From a virus (Duplodnaviria > Caudoviricetes): DNA of 24,946 nt. The notes below the pieces were generated by a model. That model did not search any database. It was not told the origin of the DNA and saw only the letters and a list, made by a program, of their open reading frames with translations. A program made the position numbers and the translations under genes. The DNA lies in the IMG/VR virus record IMGVR_UViG_3300033076_000481, positions 1 to 24,946 of that record. One strand, 5' to 3'. This document shows, piece after piece, positions 17,449-24,946 of the stretch (the first letter of the stretch is position 1; every line of letters starts with the position of its first letter).

Positions 17449-18180
17449 TTATCTATAAACATTTCTTACCCAGATTTCTGCACCATAAATTTCTAATGGT
17501 GTTGATGGATTTCCTTGATAGTTAGTTCCAACGGCATCTGAAGTGATAGATTTCCAACGAAGGTCAATCTTTAGCTTTTGTGAACCAACTGGAACTTTAA
17601 ATGGAAGGTTGATTGTTTCTCTACGTGGATATGTTTCACTTGTTTCTGCTACTAATGTATCATTTACAAAAACACCCCACTGTGTCCACCATTCTTCTCC
17701 ATAGAAAACACGAAAAGTATTATCATTACCATCTTGATAAACTATGCGATTATATCCATGAAAGAAATCTATAACTGCACAACCAACAAGCATTCCTTCT
17801 TTTGCATCAAAATCTAGATAGTTATTTGAAAATGAACCGTAGTTTTCAAGAGGGTTCCAGCCCTTACCCCAGTTTGAAGTTCCTAAATCTATAGTTTCTA
17901 CTGGTTCCCAAACTTGTAAGGCAGCTTCAGCAACATTCCATCTTTTTGTTCTAAAGTAGTTTTGTCCTTGTCCTATCCATTCAGCTTTTCTAGCTAAAGA
18001 AAATCCATTTTTTCCAGCACCATCTTTAAAGTTTGCTGCTACCAAAGAAGCAATAGGAAGATTATTGGAACCAAGATTTCCGTTCCATTCATCCAAGATG
18101 CCTGTAATATTGGAATTTAAATTATCATCTTTTACTTGACCAAACTGATGGTTTGGTTTTTCTTGCCATGTTTTAGCCAT
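17449..18180 (-). CDS. Tail appendage protein 1
   Basis: 243 aa; GQVKDDNLNSN N-terminal motif; TAATG-coupled to the nozzle gene. Confidence 0.65.
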   Translation of the reverse strand: MAKTWQEKPNHQFGQVKDDNLNSNITGILDEWNGNLGSNNLPIASLVAANFKDGAGKNGFSLARKAEWIGQGQNYFRTKRWNVAEAALQVWEPVETIDLGTSNWGKGWNPLENYGSFSNNYLDFDAKEGMLVGCAVIDFFHGYNRIVYQDGNDNTFRVFYGEEWWTQWGVFVNDTLVAETSETYPRRETINLPFKVPVGSQKLKIDLRWKSITSDAVGTNYQGNPSTPLEIYGAEIWVRNVYR

Positions 18181-20501
18181 TAGCGTGCTTGCCCCTTTTG
18201 TAAGTTAGTTGCTTGGTTGAGAGCCATCTGGTCGCGTAAGTCGTAGTTAATGTGGAAAGAAAGAAGATGGAATGGTGTTTGCTTGATAGCTAAAACACCA
18301 TCAACCTGTGGTGGATTGGTTGTTTGTAAACGGAACTTGAACTGATTAATCAATCCAGTATTTACATCAAATCTCAATCTAATAATTCTTCCTCTTTGAA
18401 CTTGAGAAGTCCCTATGGTAAAGAAGTTTTTTGAAATAGATAGATTTTCATCACCAAATACAGCATCTTCAGATTTTGTATATGCTCTTTCAGAAAGTGT
18501 TTGTTTTTGACCAGTGCATAAAGAAAACTTATTATCAAAGTCAGTAGCGTAATAAAGTTCTAATGGATTATCGCCTTGGCTGATTAATTCAAGTTCTACT
18601 GAAAATACACGATACTTAATTGTATTATCACCAAAATCTATCCAGTTACTTTCCCAACGAGAAATTGGTTTGTTAGTTCTAAAGCTAGAAGTATAACGAT
18701 AATCCTCAAAGTTAGCTGCTTGTGTGCAAGTAAGTTCTTGTCCCCAATAGTTTCCACCTGTCCAAACAACAAGTGGACCAGCCATATATCCAACTGAATT
18801 TACAGAAAGAGGAGAACCACCAGCATTACCATTTACCCAAACAGGTGCAGTTCCAAGAACAAAGTTTCCTTCTGGGTCTGTAACTATTTGTGTAAAACGG
18901 AATGAAGCTTCATCTTCAGCATTAATAGCATAACGTTGAGAAAACTGAATTCCTTCTAATTCAGTATGAAGAACAATACCTCTGGTTGGTATTTGATTGC
19001 TATCTGCTGCATAGTGTATCCAAAGTTCTTTTTCCTTGATAGAATAAGCAGCAACAGCAGATGGAAGAGCAGATTTATTTATTCTGCTTATTTCTACATC
19101 TACACCTTCGCTAATCTTTGCAATAGAAATAGTAGAACCACCATCAAGACCGCCAGTAAGAAGATAAACACCATCTTCTGTTAGGAATGTGACACCAAGC
19201 TTTGGAATATTTACTATTGCTTTGGTAGCTAAAGTTCCAATATTTGTTGAAACTGTTGATAGAGAAAATCCACCAGAAGGTGTAACACGAATTACTTCTA
19301 TAGCATTTCTACGGAATATTAAAAGATTATTATAGTAAGGAACTATTCCTGTGATATGTCCACCAACAGTATTTCCAAGTTCAAAGTAAGAAGTTGATGC
19401 AAACTGTTCTGGAATACCAGCATCAGAATAAATCAATCTTGTAGGTGTGCTATCTCCACCACCTAACCAAATGCGATTATTCCAAGTTGCTCCAAATTTA
19501 TAAGTTGTATTTATTCTTGAAGAAGCAGTTTCCTCTGGACCTTTTTGAACTAATTGTCCATCGCCCATAGTATCAATAAAGAAGCGTGAACTATTTTCTT
19601 CTATTTCTCTAACAAAATAGATTTCACCATTTGATGCACCAGATACACCAGTTGTTTTCATATTTTTAGTTCTATAAAGACGACGAGCTACAGCGTGTTT
19701 TGGACCCTGTGGCATATCAAGAATAATGCCAAACTTTCTTTTTTCTGCTGATACTGTGTCATCAATAGTCCAATCTATTACGTTAGTAGAAGACATAGGG
19801 CTTTCAGCACCATCAGCAGTAATGTATGTCATTCTATATTGATATTGATTTCTATTTCCATCAGTAGTTCCCAAGCCAAGAACATTATTATCAGCAAAGT
19901 TTGGAAATGCAGTTCCTGTTTTTGCCTTTTTATTATCTAAATAATCTGGCTGAAGAGGTGTTGGTCTTGGATTTGGCGTTGGAAGTGTAAATGAGAAATC
20001 CCTCCAATCTTCATTTCCAGAAAACCAAATAGGTTTATCATAACCATTAATAATAAGAAGACGATTTCCATAGGGAACAAACTGTGTTCCAACATCACCA
20101 AGCTTTGGAATATGTCTAGCACGGTCTAGAACTATTCTATCAGAAATATAATAACCACTATTTGGATAAGAAGCTCCCTGTCCTTTATTACCCCACCAGT
20201 AATAAAGCGTTCCGTTCTGCTCAACGAAATGGTATACTTGTCCTGTAGATGATTTTTCCCAGATAAAGAGGGCGTCTACTGGAAATCCAAGTATTTCTGC
20301 TACTGTAGTTCCATCAGCAATAAATGTAAAGTTAGGAGGAAATTTCCACCAGCTTTCTACACCTCTATCACAAACCCAACCTAAACCGTTTGGGTCTATT
20401 CTAAAGTTTACAATTTCATCGCCCCAACCATACTTTCCTTTCCAATTTTGGTCCAGACCATGTGCTGATACGAAGCTTGTGCTTTTTGTTCTCATAGCCA
20501 T
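18180..20501 (-). CDS. Tail nozzle / DNA stabilization protein (P22 gp10/T7 gp12-like beta-propeller)
   Basis: 773 aa; NNRIWLGG...RLIYSD.G.PEQF, ITGIVPYYNNLLIF and FLTEDGVY propeller motifs; follows the adaptor. Confidence 0.8.
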   Translation of the reverse strand: MAMRTKSTSFVSAHGLDQNWKGKYGWGDEIVNFRIDPNGLGWVCDRGVESWWKFPPNFTFIADGTTVAEILGFPVDALFIWEKSSTGQVYHFVEQNGTLYYWWGNKGQGASYPNSGYYISDRIVLDRARHIPKLGDVGTQFVPYGNRLLIINGYDKPIWFSGNEDWRDFSFTLPTPNPRPTPLQPDYLDNKKAKTGTAFPNFADNNVLGLGTTDGNRNQYQYRMTYITADGAESPMSSTNVIDWTIDDTVSAEKRKFGIILDMPQGPKHAVARRLYRTKNMKTTGVSGASNGEIYFVREIEENSSRFFIDTMGDGQLVQKGPEETASSRINTTYKFGATWNNRIWLGGGDSTPTRLIYSDAGIPEQFASTSYFELGNTVGGHITGIVPYYNNLLIFRRNAIEVIRVTPSGGFSLSTVSTNIGTLATKAIVNIPKLGVTFLTEDGVYLLTGGLDGGSTISIAKISEGVDVEISRINKSALPSAVAAYSIKEKELWIHYAADSNQIPTRGIVLHTELEGIQFSQRYAINAEDEASFRFTQIVTDPEGNFVLGTAPVWVNGNAGGSPLSVNSVGYMAGPLVVWTGGNYWGQELTCTQAANFEDYRYTSSFRTNKPISRWESNWIDFGDNTIKYRVFSVELELISQGDNPLELYYATDFDNKFSLCTGQKQTLSERAYTKSEDAVFGDENLSISKNFFTIGTSQVQRGRIIRLRFDVNTGLINQFKFRLQTTNPPQVDGVLAIKQTPFHLLSFHINYDLRDQMALNQATNLQKGQAR

Positions 20502-20514
20502 GTGTTGTTTCCTT

Positions 20515-22035
20515 TTAGGTTATTTTCTTTAGTGAAGCGTAATCGTAATAAAATCTCTTATCGCCTACGGAGAACTGACCTCTAACAACTTGGCTATCTA
20601 TATGGTCAACGTATCTCTTCATTAAATCTTTAATATCTTTATCTATTCTAGCTCTATAAGTAGCTGCAAGAGATTGCTGACCTAGCTTCAAGTAGATTTC
20701 TTCAAGAGCCTTATAAACTATTAGTTGATGGAATTCATATGGCATCTCTGGGCTATCAGTTCCAAGAACTAAATCATAAGGCTTTTTGTAATAACGAATA
20801 ACGCCTTCTTTAATAAAGTTATGAGGGTCTGTAATAATAGGTTCGGCATTTCCAATCTTTATTTGTGCTTGTTCAAAATCCCAAGCATCAACGCGAGGAT
20901 AAGGACGAATACGATTGTGCTGTCCATCAATCTCTATGTATCTCTTTGCACCATTATCAAACTGATTTAAGAAATCAATTCTATAAGTTGAGAATTCATC
21001 GCTAACAACAACAGGGTCTGAAAAGCTTGCGTTAGTTCTGACAATACCACCATTTAAAAGAGAAATCCAGCAAGGAAGTCCTTTTCTTTCTCCTGTAAGT
21101 TTATCAAAGTTTTTATTCCAGAAGATTACTTTACGATAGCCTTCCCAAGCTGGGGCTAAATTATCAGCAGCTACATAACCACCCCATTTTATTTCTGTAT
21201 CATCCCAACCAATAAACTTCATATCAATAGCATTATCTTGACCAGTAAGATGAACTACTTGTGGTTCTGATAGAGCACCAATTTTTCCATCTTTTAAAAA
21301 TGCCCAACAAAGTTCCCAATATGTATTATGTGTTATTGGTGTTCCTAGAATTTGTTCAGTTACTACACCATCTAATCCTAATCTTTCTGCTGGAGGAACT
21401 TGATAAGCTGGTGACCAAATATAAGCTTCAGCATAAGAAGCTTTATAATCAGCACGAAGGTCTAGCTCTTCATCTCTTCTTGGAAGAATTGCTGTAGCCT
21501 TACCAAATGGAGGAAATGAACCAGCGGCTGTGTTATAAGGGAAATCTCTATGTCCAAGATAAAGAAGTTCTAAACTATCTTCTGGAAGGTCATACCAACG
21601 TTTCTTTATTACCCAAGTTATATCATCACTGTTTGTCTTTCCTTGAAAATCTCTATCAAGAAGAATGGTATTTCCAGAAAGAACTTTTGAAATTCTGTAT
21701 TCAAAGTTTTGGATTGAGATTGGCTGTCCTTCCCAAACAGAAGTTCCAAAAAAAGTTAATCTATCCATTACTGCTGAAAATACTACGCGACGGTCACCTT
21801 GAACAACATTAGCATTTACAATACCAGATACAGCATTTTCTATATCTCTGGTTGGAAGCATATCAACCCAGAATGGAAAGGAGGTTGATTTAGTTGCAAA
21901 GTTCCAACGCTTAAAAGTCCATAAGGAATAATAAGCATCATTTATTAGCTGGTCTATCTGGTCGTTGAACTGTTGAAGTTCTGGTGAATAATCTATTACG
22001 TTTTTTACTTTTTCGCGTAAAGCGGTAAGGTTCAT
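20515..22035 (-). CDS. Head-tail adaptor/gatekeeper (tail tubular A-like) with large insertions
   Basis: N-terminal MNL..LR..V...INDAY...WNF and C-terminal YYKKP.DL...DSPEMP.EFH.LIVY.AL. ATG 22035 has a GGAG SD, so it is preferred over TTG 22071. Confidence 0.75.
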   Translation of the reverse strand: MNLTALREKVKNVIDYSPELQQFNDQIDQLINDAYYSLWTFKRWNFATKSTSFPFWVDMLPTRDIENAVSGIVNANVVQGDRRVVFSAVMDRLTFFGTSVWEGQPISIQNFEYRISKVLSGNTILLDRDFQGKTNSDDITWVIKKRWYDLPEDSLELLYLGHRDFPYNTAAGSFPPFGKATAILPRRDEELDLRADYKASYAEAYIWSPAYQVPPAERLGLDGVVTEQILGTPITHNTYWELCWAFLKDGKIGALSEPQVVHLTGQDNAIDMKFIGWDDTEIKWGGYVAADNLAPAWEGYRKVIFWNKNFDKLTGERKGLPCWISLLNGGIVRTNASFSDPVVVSDEFSTYRIDFLNQFDNGAKRYIEIDGQHNRIRPYPRVDAWDFEQAQIKIGNAEPIITDPHNFIKEGVIRYYKKPYDLVLGTDSPEMPYEFHQLIVYKALEEIYLKLGQQSLAATYRARIDKDIKDLMKRYVDHIDSQVVRGQFSVGDKRFYYDYASLKKIT

Positions 22036-22047
22036 TTGGGTAATCTC

Positions 22048-22071
22048 CCTCAATAAAATAGTAAAGGTCAA
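22048..22071 (-). promoter_or_regulatory. Conserved box, copy 3 (TTGACCTTTACTATTTTATTGAGG)
   Basis: Directly after the capsid-module terminator and ahead of the tail module. Confidence 0.65.
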
Positions 22072-22073
22072 AT

Positions 22074-22109
22074 AAGAAAAAGCCCCTCAACCATTTCTGG
22101 AAGAGGGGC
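22074..22109 (-). terminator. Rho-independent terminator after the capsid and decoration genes
   Basis: GCCCCTC (22082-22088) / GAGGGGC (22103-22109) plus an inner CCA/TGG pair, followed by TTTTTCTT on the minus strand. Confidence 0.85.
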
Positions 22110-22129
22110 CAACCTTGTCGGGGTTTAGA

Positions 22130-22690
22130 TTAGATGCCGCAGCCTAGAACGTAAGCTGTGACGAAACCTGCACCAGCTGTTGAAGAAAGAGCGTATGCGA
22201 ATACGTGTCCAACTTTTGCAGCGGTGTAAACTTCGGCAGAACCAGCTGCACCAGCTTCGTCAAGACAAAGTGGTGAGCCAGCGGCAGTTGCACCAATTAC
22301 TGGAACATTTTTTACTGGACCGCGAACAACAACAGTTACTGCTACGGTTTCCTGTGGAGCTACAACGAGGGTGCCAGCAGAAGCAGTTGCGGAACCTATT
22401 TCTAGGACGCCGACAACAATCTTCTGAACTGGTGCGCTGTTGAAGTCAGCAAGAACAACCTTGAGAGCAGTAAGACCACCAGAACTGTCAGAAGTCATCT
22501 GTGAGATGTCTACTGCCATTACAGCACCAGATGTGAGGGTGATGCTTGCGCCACCAACTGCATTTGGATTGGTAAAGAGGAAAGTTTCGGTTTGCTTTCT
22601 GTCTGAAGGTGTAGCACCAAATGGTGTAGATACGCCAAGGCCAGATACGCCAGTTGCGGATAAATACTGAATTAATGTAGATGAAGCCAT
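22130..22690 (-). CDS. Capsid decoration/cement protein (putative)
   Basis: Ala/Gly/Val-rich 186 aa directly after the MCP; VVGV...VVVRG...GSPL...FAYAL pattern of beta-tulip-type cement proteins; AAGGAG SD. Confidence 0.7.
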   Translation of the reverse strand: MASSTLIQYLSATGVSGLGVSTPFGATPSDRKQTETFLFTNPNAVGGASITLTSGAVMAVDISQMTSDSSGGLTALKVVLADFNSAPVQKIVVGVLEIGSATASAGTLVVAPQETVAVTVVVRGPVKNVPVIGATAAGSPLCLDEAGAAGSAEVYTAAKVGHVFAYALSSTAGAGFVTAYVLGCGI

Positions 22691-22716
22691 AATGTTTCTC
22701 CTTTAAATTGTTAAGA

Positions 22717-23742
22717 TTAGTAGCCTTCGCCGTTGAAGAGAACACCACAGCTACCAAGGTGGTCAGCAATTAGCTGGGCCTTGACATAGAGCTGTGCAGC
22801 TCTTGCGGTTGTTCCAGCAACGTGCTCGAATGGTGAAACAGCGAAGTCAGCATCTTTGTGGAGAACAAGCTTGACACCGTTGAAGTTAAGCATGTAACCA
22901 GAAACTGGAGCGGTTTTGTTATATGAAGCAGCTGAAGAAGTAGCAGAGAAGCCAAGCTCCAAGTCCTGCTCAACAGCAGCACCTGCGAAGGCTAGCTGCA
23001 TTCTTCCACCATCGAGGGTCTTCTCGTTGATGTATCTCTCCTGTGCATAAAGTGCTCTGCGATAGTTAGCCATAGCATTCTCTGAAAGAAGAACAGTATT
23101 TACATCGCCCATAGGTGAAACTGAATTTGCAGCGATGTAGATAGCCTGCATACCACGAATACCATCAGTTCCGAATACGTTATTTACGTCAAAGATTTGA
23201 TTGGTCCAACCATTTACGTTGTAGGTAGCTTTGGAAACACCACCAACTGTGTGTGACTGATTTGGCTTTGTCTCAACTTCGAAGAAACCAGCAGTTACAG
23301 CAGGAGAGAGGGTGTTCATAGTAGTAAGAATAGTTGAATTACCAGCTATGATTTGCTTGTTAAGCTCTCTGCGAAGCATGGACATAACAGAACGCATACG
23401 AGCTTCAACAATTTTTACAATTGCTTTCTCGCCGCTGTTCTCAAGCTCTTCTTTCTTGGTTACAACGATTGGAGCAGTGAAGTCACACCAGTCGTAAATT
23501 GCTGGTGCTAATACGTCACGAACTGCGAGAGAAACAGGCTCATAACCAGTAGGAAGCTGGGTTATGGTGCTGTGCTCTGCGATAGCAAGTGGACGCTGAA
23601 TTTTGATGCCGCCATCTTCTTTCTCAATACCGCCGTGTTTACGGGCACTATCGAGGAATGCGGTCTTTTGGAATAGTTCGTCAACCTCTCCATCACGAAT
23701 TGAATAGAGGGTTGAAGATAAAAGGTCATTAGAAATTGCCAT
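22717..23742 (-). CDS. Major capsid protein (HK97 fold, podovirus-type)
   Basis: GG..IQRPL, GYE, YDW, ENSGE..IV.IVEAR and GG.S.A...W.NQ motifs of a widespread podovirus MCP family; TAAGGAG SD; between scaffold and decoration genes. Confidence 0.9.
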   Translation of the reverse strand: MAISNDLLSSTLYSIRDGEVDELFQKTAFLDSARKHGGIEKEDGGIKIQRPLAIAEHSTITQLPTGYEPVSLAVRDVLAPAIYDWCDFTAPIVVTKKEELENSGEKAIVKIVEARMRSVMSMLRRELNKQIIAGNSTILTTMNTLSPAVTAGFFEVETKPNQSHTVGGVSKATYNVNGWTNQIFDVNNVFGTDGIRGMQAIYIAANSVSPMGDVNTVLLSENAMANYRRALYAQERYINEKTLDGGRMQLAFAGAAVEQDLELGFSATSSAASYNKTAPVSGYMLNFNGVKLVLHKDADFAVSPFEHVAGTTARAAQLYVKAQLIADHLGSCGVLFNGEGY

Positions 23743-23896
23743 GATATTATCTCCTTAAATTAAAATGTTATTGTAAAGTATCAAATGTTAGCTGAATTGT
23801 CTTTTTAAAAGGTTTCGCTTTTATTTGTTCCTTCACCAGTTTCATAATAAAGTGTCCTCTACGGATTTTATTTATAACGGCGGGAAAGGTTGCCCG

Positions 23897-23920
23897 TTCT
23901 ATAAGATTAGAAAACGTCAA
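23897..23920 (-). promoter_or_regulatory. Conserved box, copy 4 (TTGACGTTTTCTAATCTTATAGAA)
   Basis: About 155 nt upstream of the MCP start. Confidence 0.6.
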
Positions 23921-23957
23921 ATAAAAGCTAAACTTTATTCTAAACTTTACGTATTAT

Positions 23958-23979
23958 TAGTATGCAGAGGTGCATACTA
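23958..23979 (+). promoter_or_regulatory. Hairpin/palindrome covering the HNH ribosome-binding site
   Basis: TAGTATGCA-GAGG-TGCATACTA: a perfect 9-bp stem containing the SD (GAGGTG) and the A of the ATG. Confidence 0.8.
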
Positions 23980-24326
23980 TGAAAAAGATTTATACAAAAG
24001 AAGAAATAATAAAAAGAAGAGCAGCACAAACAAGAGCAACAAGAGCAGAACGTTCACATAAAATAAAACATGATTGGACTATTATTTATGAAGTTATTTG
24101 GGATAGCAATTCAAATAATTGTTTTTATTGTAAAAATCCTATAGATAAAAACGCAAAGTTTTCTTATGAATTAGACCATAAAATTCCAATCATAAGGGGT
24201 GGGACAAATAATAAAGATAATCTCTGTATTGCTTGCCCCAGATGTAATGGAACAAAAATGCTTATGACAGATGTTGAATTCTTTAAATGTATTGATGACC
24301 TAAAGAAAACAGGCAACTGGGATTAA
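23979..24326 (+). CDS. HNH endonuclease (CxxC...DH..P...GG.N...NL...CxxCN)
   Basis: CFYC...ELDHKIPIIRGGTNNKDNLCIACPRCNGTK. ATG 23979 follows GAGGTG. Antisense to the head operon. Confidence 0.9.
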   Translation: MKKIYTKEEIIKRRAAQTRATRAERSHKIKHDWTIIYEVIWDSNSNNCFYCKNPIDKNAKFSYELDHKIPIIRGGTNNKDNLCIACPRCNGTKMLMTDVEFFKCIDDLKKTGNWD

Positions 24327-24946
24327 GGCTTTTCTGATTGAGATTTATGCCACTGATAAGCAGTCCAAGCATCACGGAATTTTGGGGTTCCCTTTGGTGT
24401 TGAAGCAGAACCATTAGAAGTTTTCTTTAAAGCATCCCTACGAGAAGAAGTTTGCTGTGCTATTGCTTCTTTTTCTTTCTTTAACTTCTCACCATCAACC
24501 TTTGCTTTTACTATAAAGAAAGCATCTTCAAGTTTTAGCTCTGGACGTTTCATTAAAAGTTCAGCAACAGGTAGTTTATATTCTGGAGAAGTAAGCTCTG
24601 GATTTTCTCTTTTAAAATCTTCCAAAGCCATTTTTCTTTGCTGAAGCATTATTTCTTCTTGTGCTGGCTTCAACATTTCTGACAGCATCTTTGCAGCCTG
24701 TCTTTCTATTTCTTTCTTCATACCATCTGGGTCATAAAGGTCATATTCCTCTTCGTTAGATGCAATCTCTGCTGCTCTACGGGCAAGTGGATTATTTAGT
24801 GTAGCTTCTTTTTGATTTGCTAAAGCTCTACGTTCATCTTCCAACTGCTTTTTAATGAGGGAAATCTCTTGTGTCTTTCTGGTGTAATCACTACGAATAT
24901 TAGCAAGATGTTTTCTTACGTCTTCTGGAAGGTGTTTAGTCCATTC
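24323..24946 (-). CDS. Capsid scaffolding protein (5' end outside the window)
   Basis: The frame stays open to the window edge and adds EWTKHLPEDVRKHLANIRSDYTRKTQE. DYTRKTQE is a recurrent phage scaffold motif. Coiled coil; upstream of the MCP. Confidence 0.85.
   Translation of the reverse strand, partial: EWTKHLPEDVRKHLANIRSDYTRKTQEISLIKKQLEDERRALANQKEATLNNPLARRAAEIASNEEEYDLYDPDGMKKEIERQAAKMLSEMLKPAQEEIMLQQRKMALEDFKRENPELTSPEYKLPVAELLMKRPELKLEDAFFIVKAKVDGEKLKKEKEAIAQQTSSRRDALKKTSNGSASTPKGTPKFRDAWTAYQWHKSQSEKP

Noticed and set aside
22488-22769. T7 10A/10B-style frameshift extension of the capsid protein
   Set aside because: No clear slippery site. This ORF is out of frame with the decoration gene, whose own frame has a stop just upstream and its own SD.
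1-24946. Stop-codon reassignment
   Set aside because: Genes are long and tightly packed under the standard code; a TAA bias alone is not evidence.

Overview
About 25 kb of a tailed dsDNA phage with podovirus-like (P22/T7-type) architecture, standard genetic code, AT-rich. The minus strand carries the morphogenesis operon, read right to left: scaffold (5' end cut off), major capsid, capsid decoration, head-tail adaptor, tail nozzle, three similar-sized appendage proteins, three ejection proteins (214, 801 and 1976 aa), a fibre module, then holin-like genes. An HNH endonuclease gene sits antisense between scaffold and capsid. At the left, a divergent control region separates two short operons. 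One encodes an ECF-like sigma factor, a PD-(D/E)XK nuclease and a small acidic protein (+). The other encodes a stand-alone sigma region-4 protein and a T7-lysozyme-type amidase (-). The most interesting signal is a candidate phage-specific transcription system. A compact box (TTGAC-N-TTT-H-C, then an AT-rich stretch, then purines) occurs four times, once at the head of each structural module, with no sigma70 -10 at normal spacing. The two sigma-like genes and a separate 20-bp direct repeat may belong to the same system. All protein calls are by-eye motif and synteny inferences; no database searches were run.
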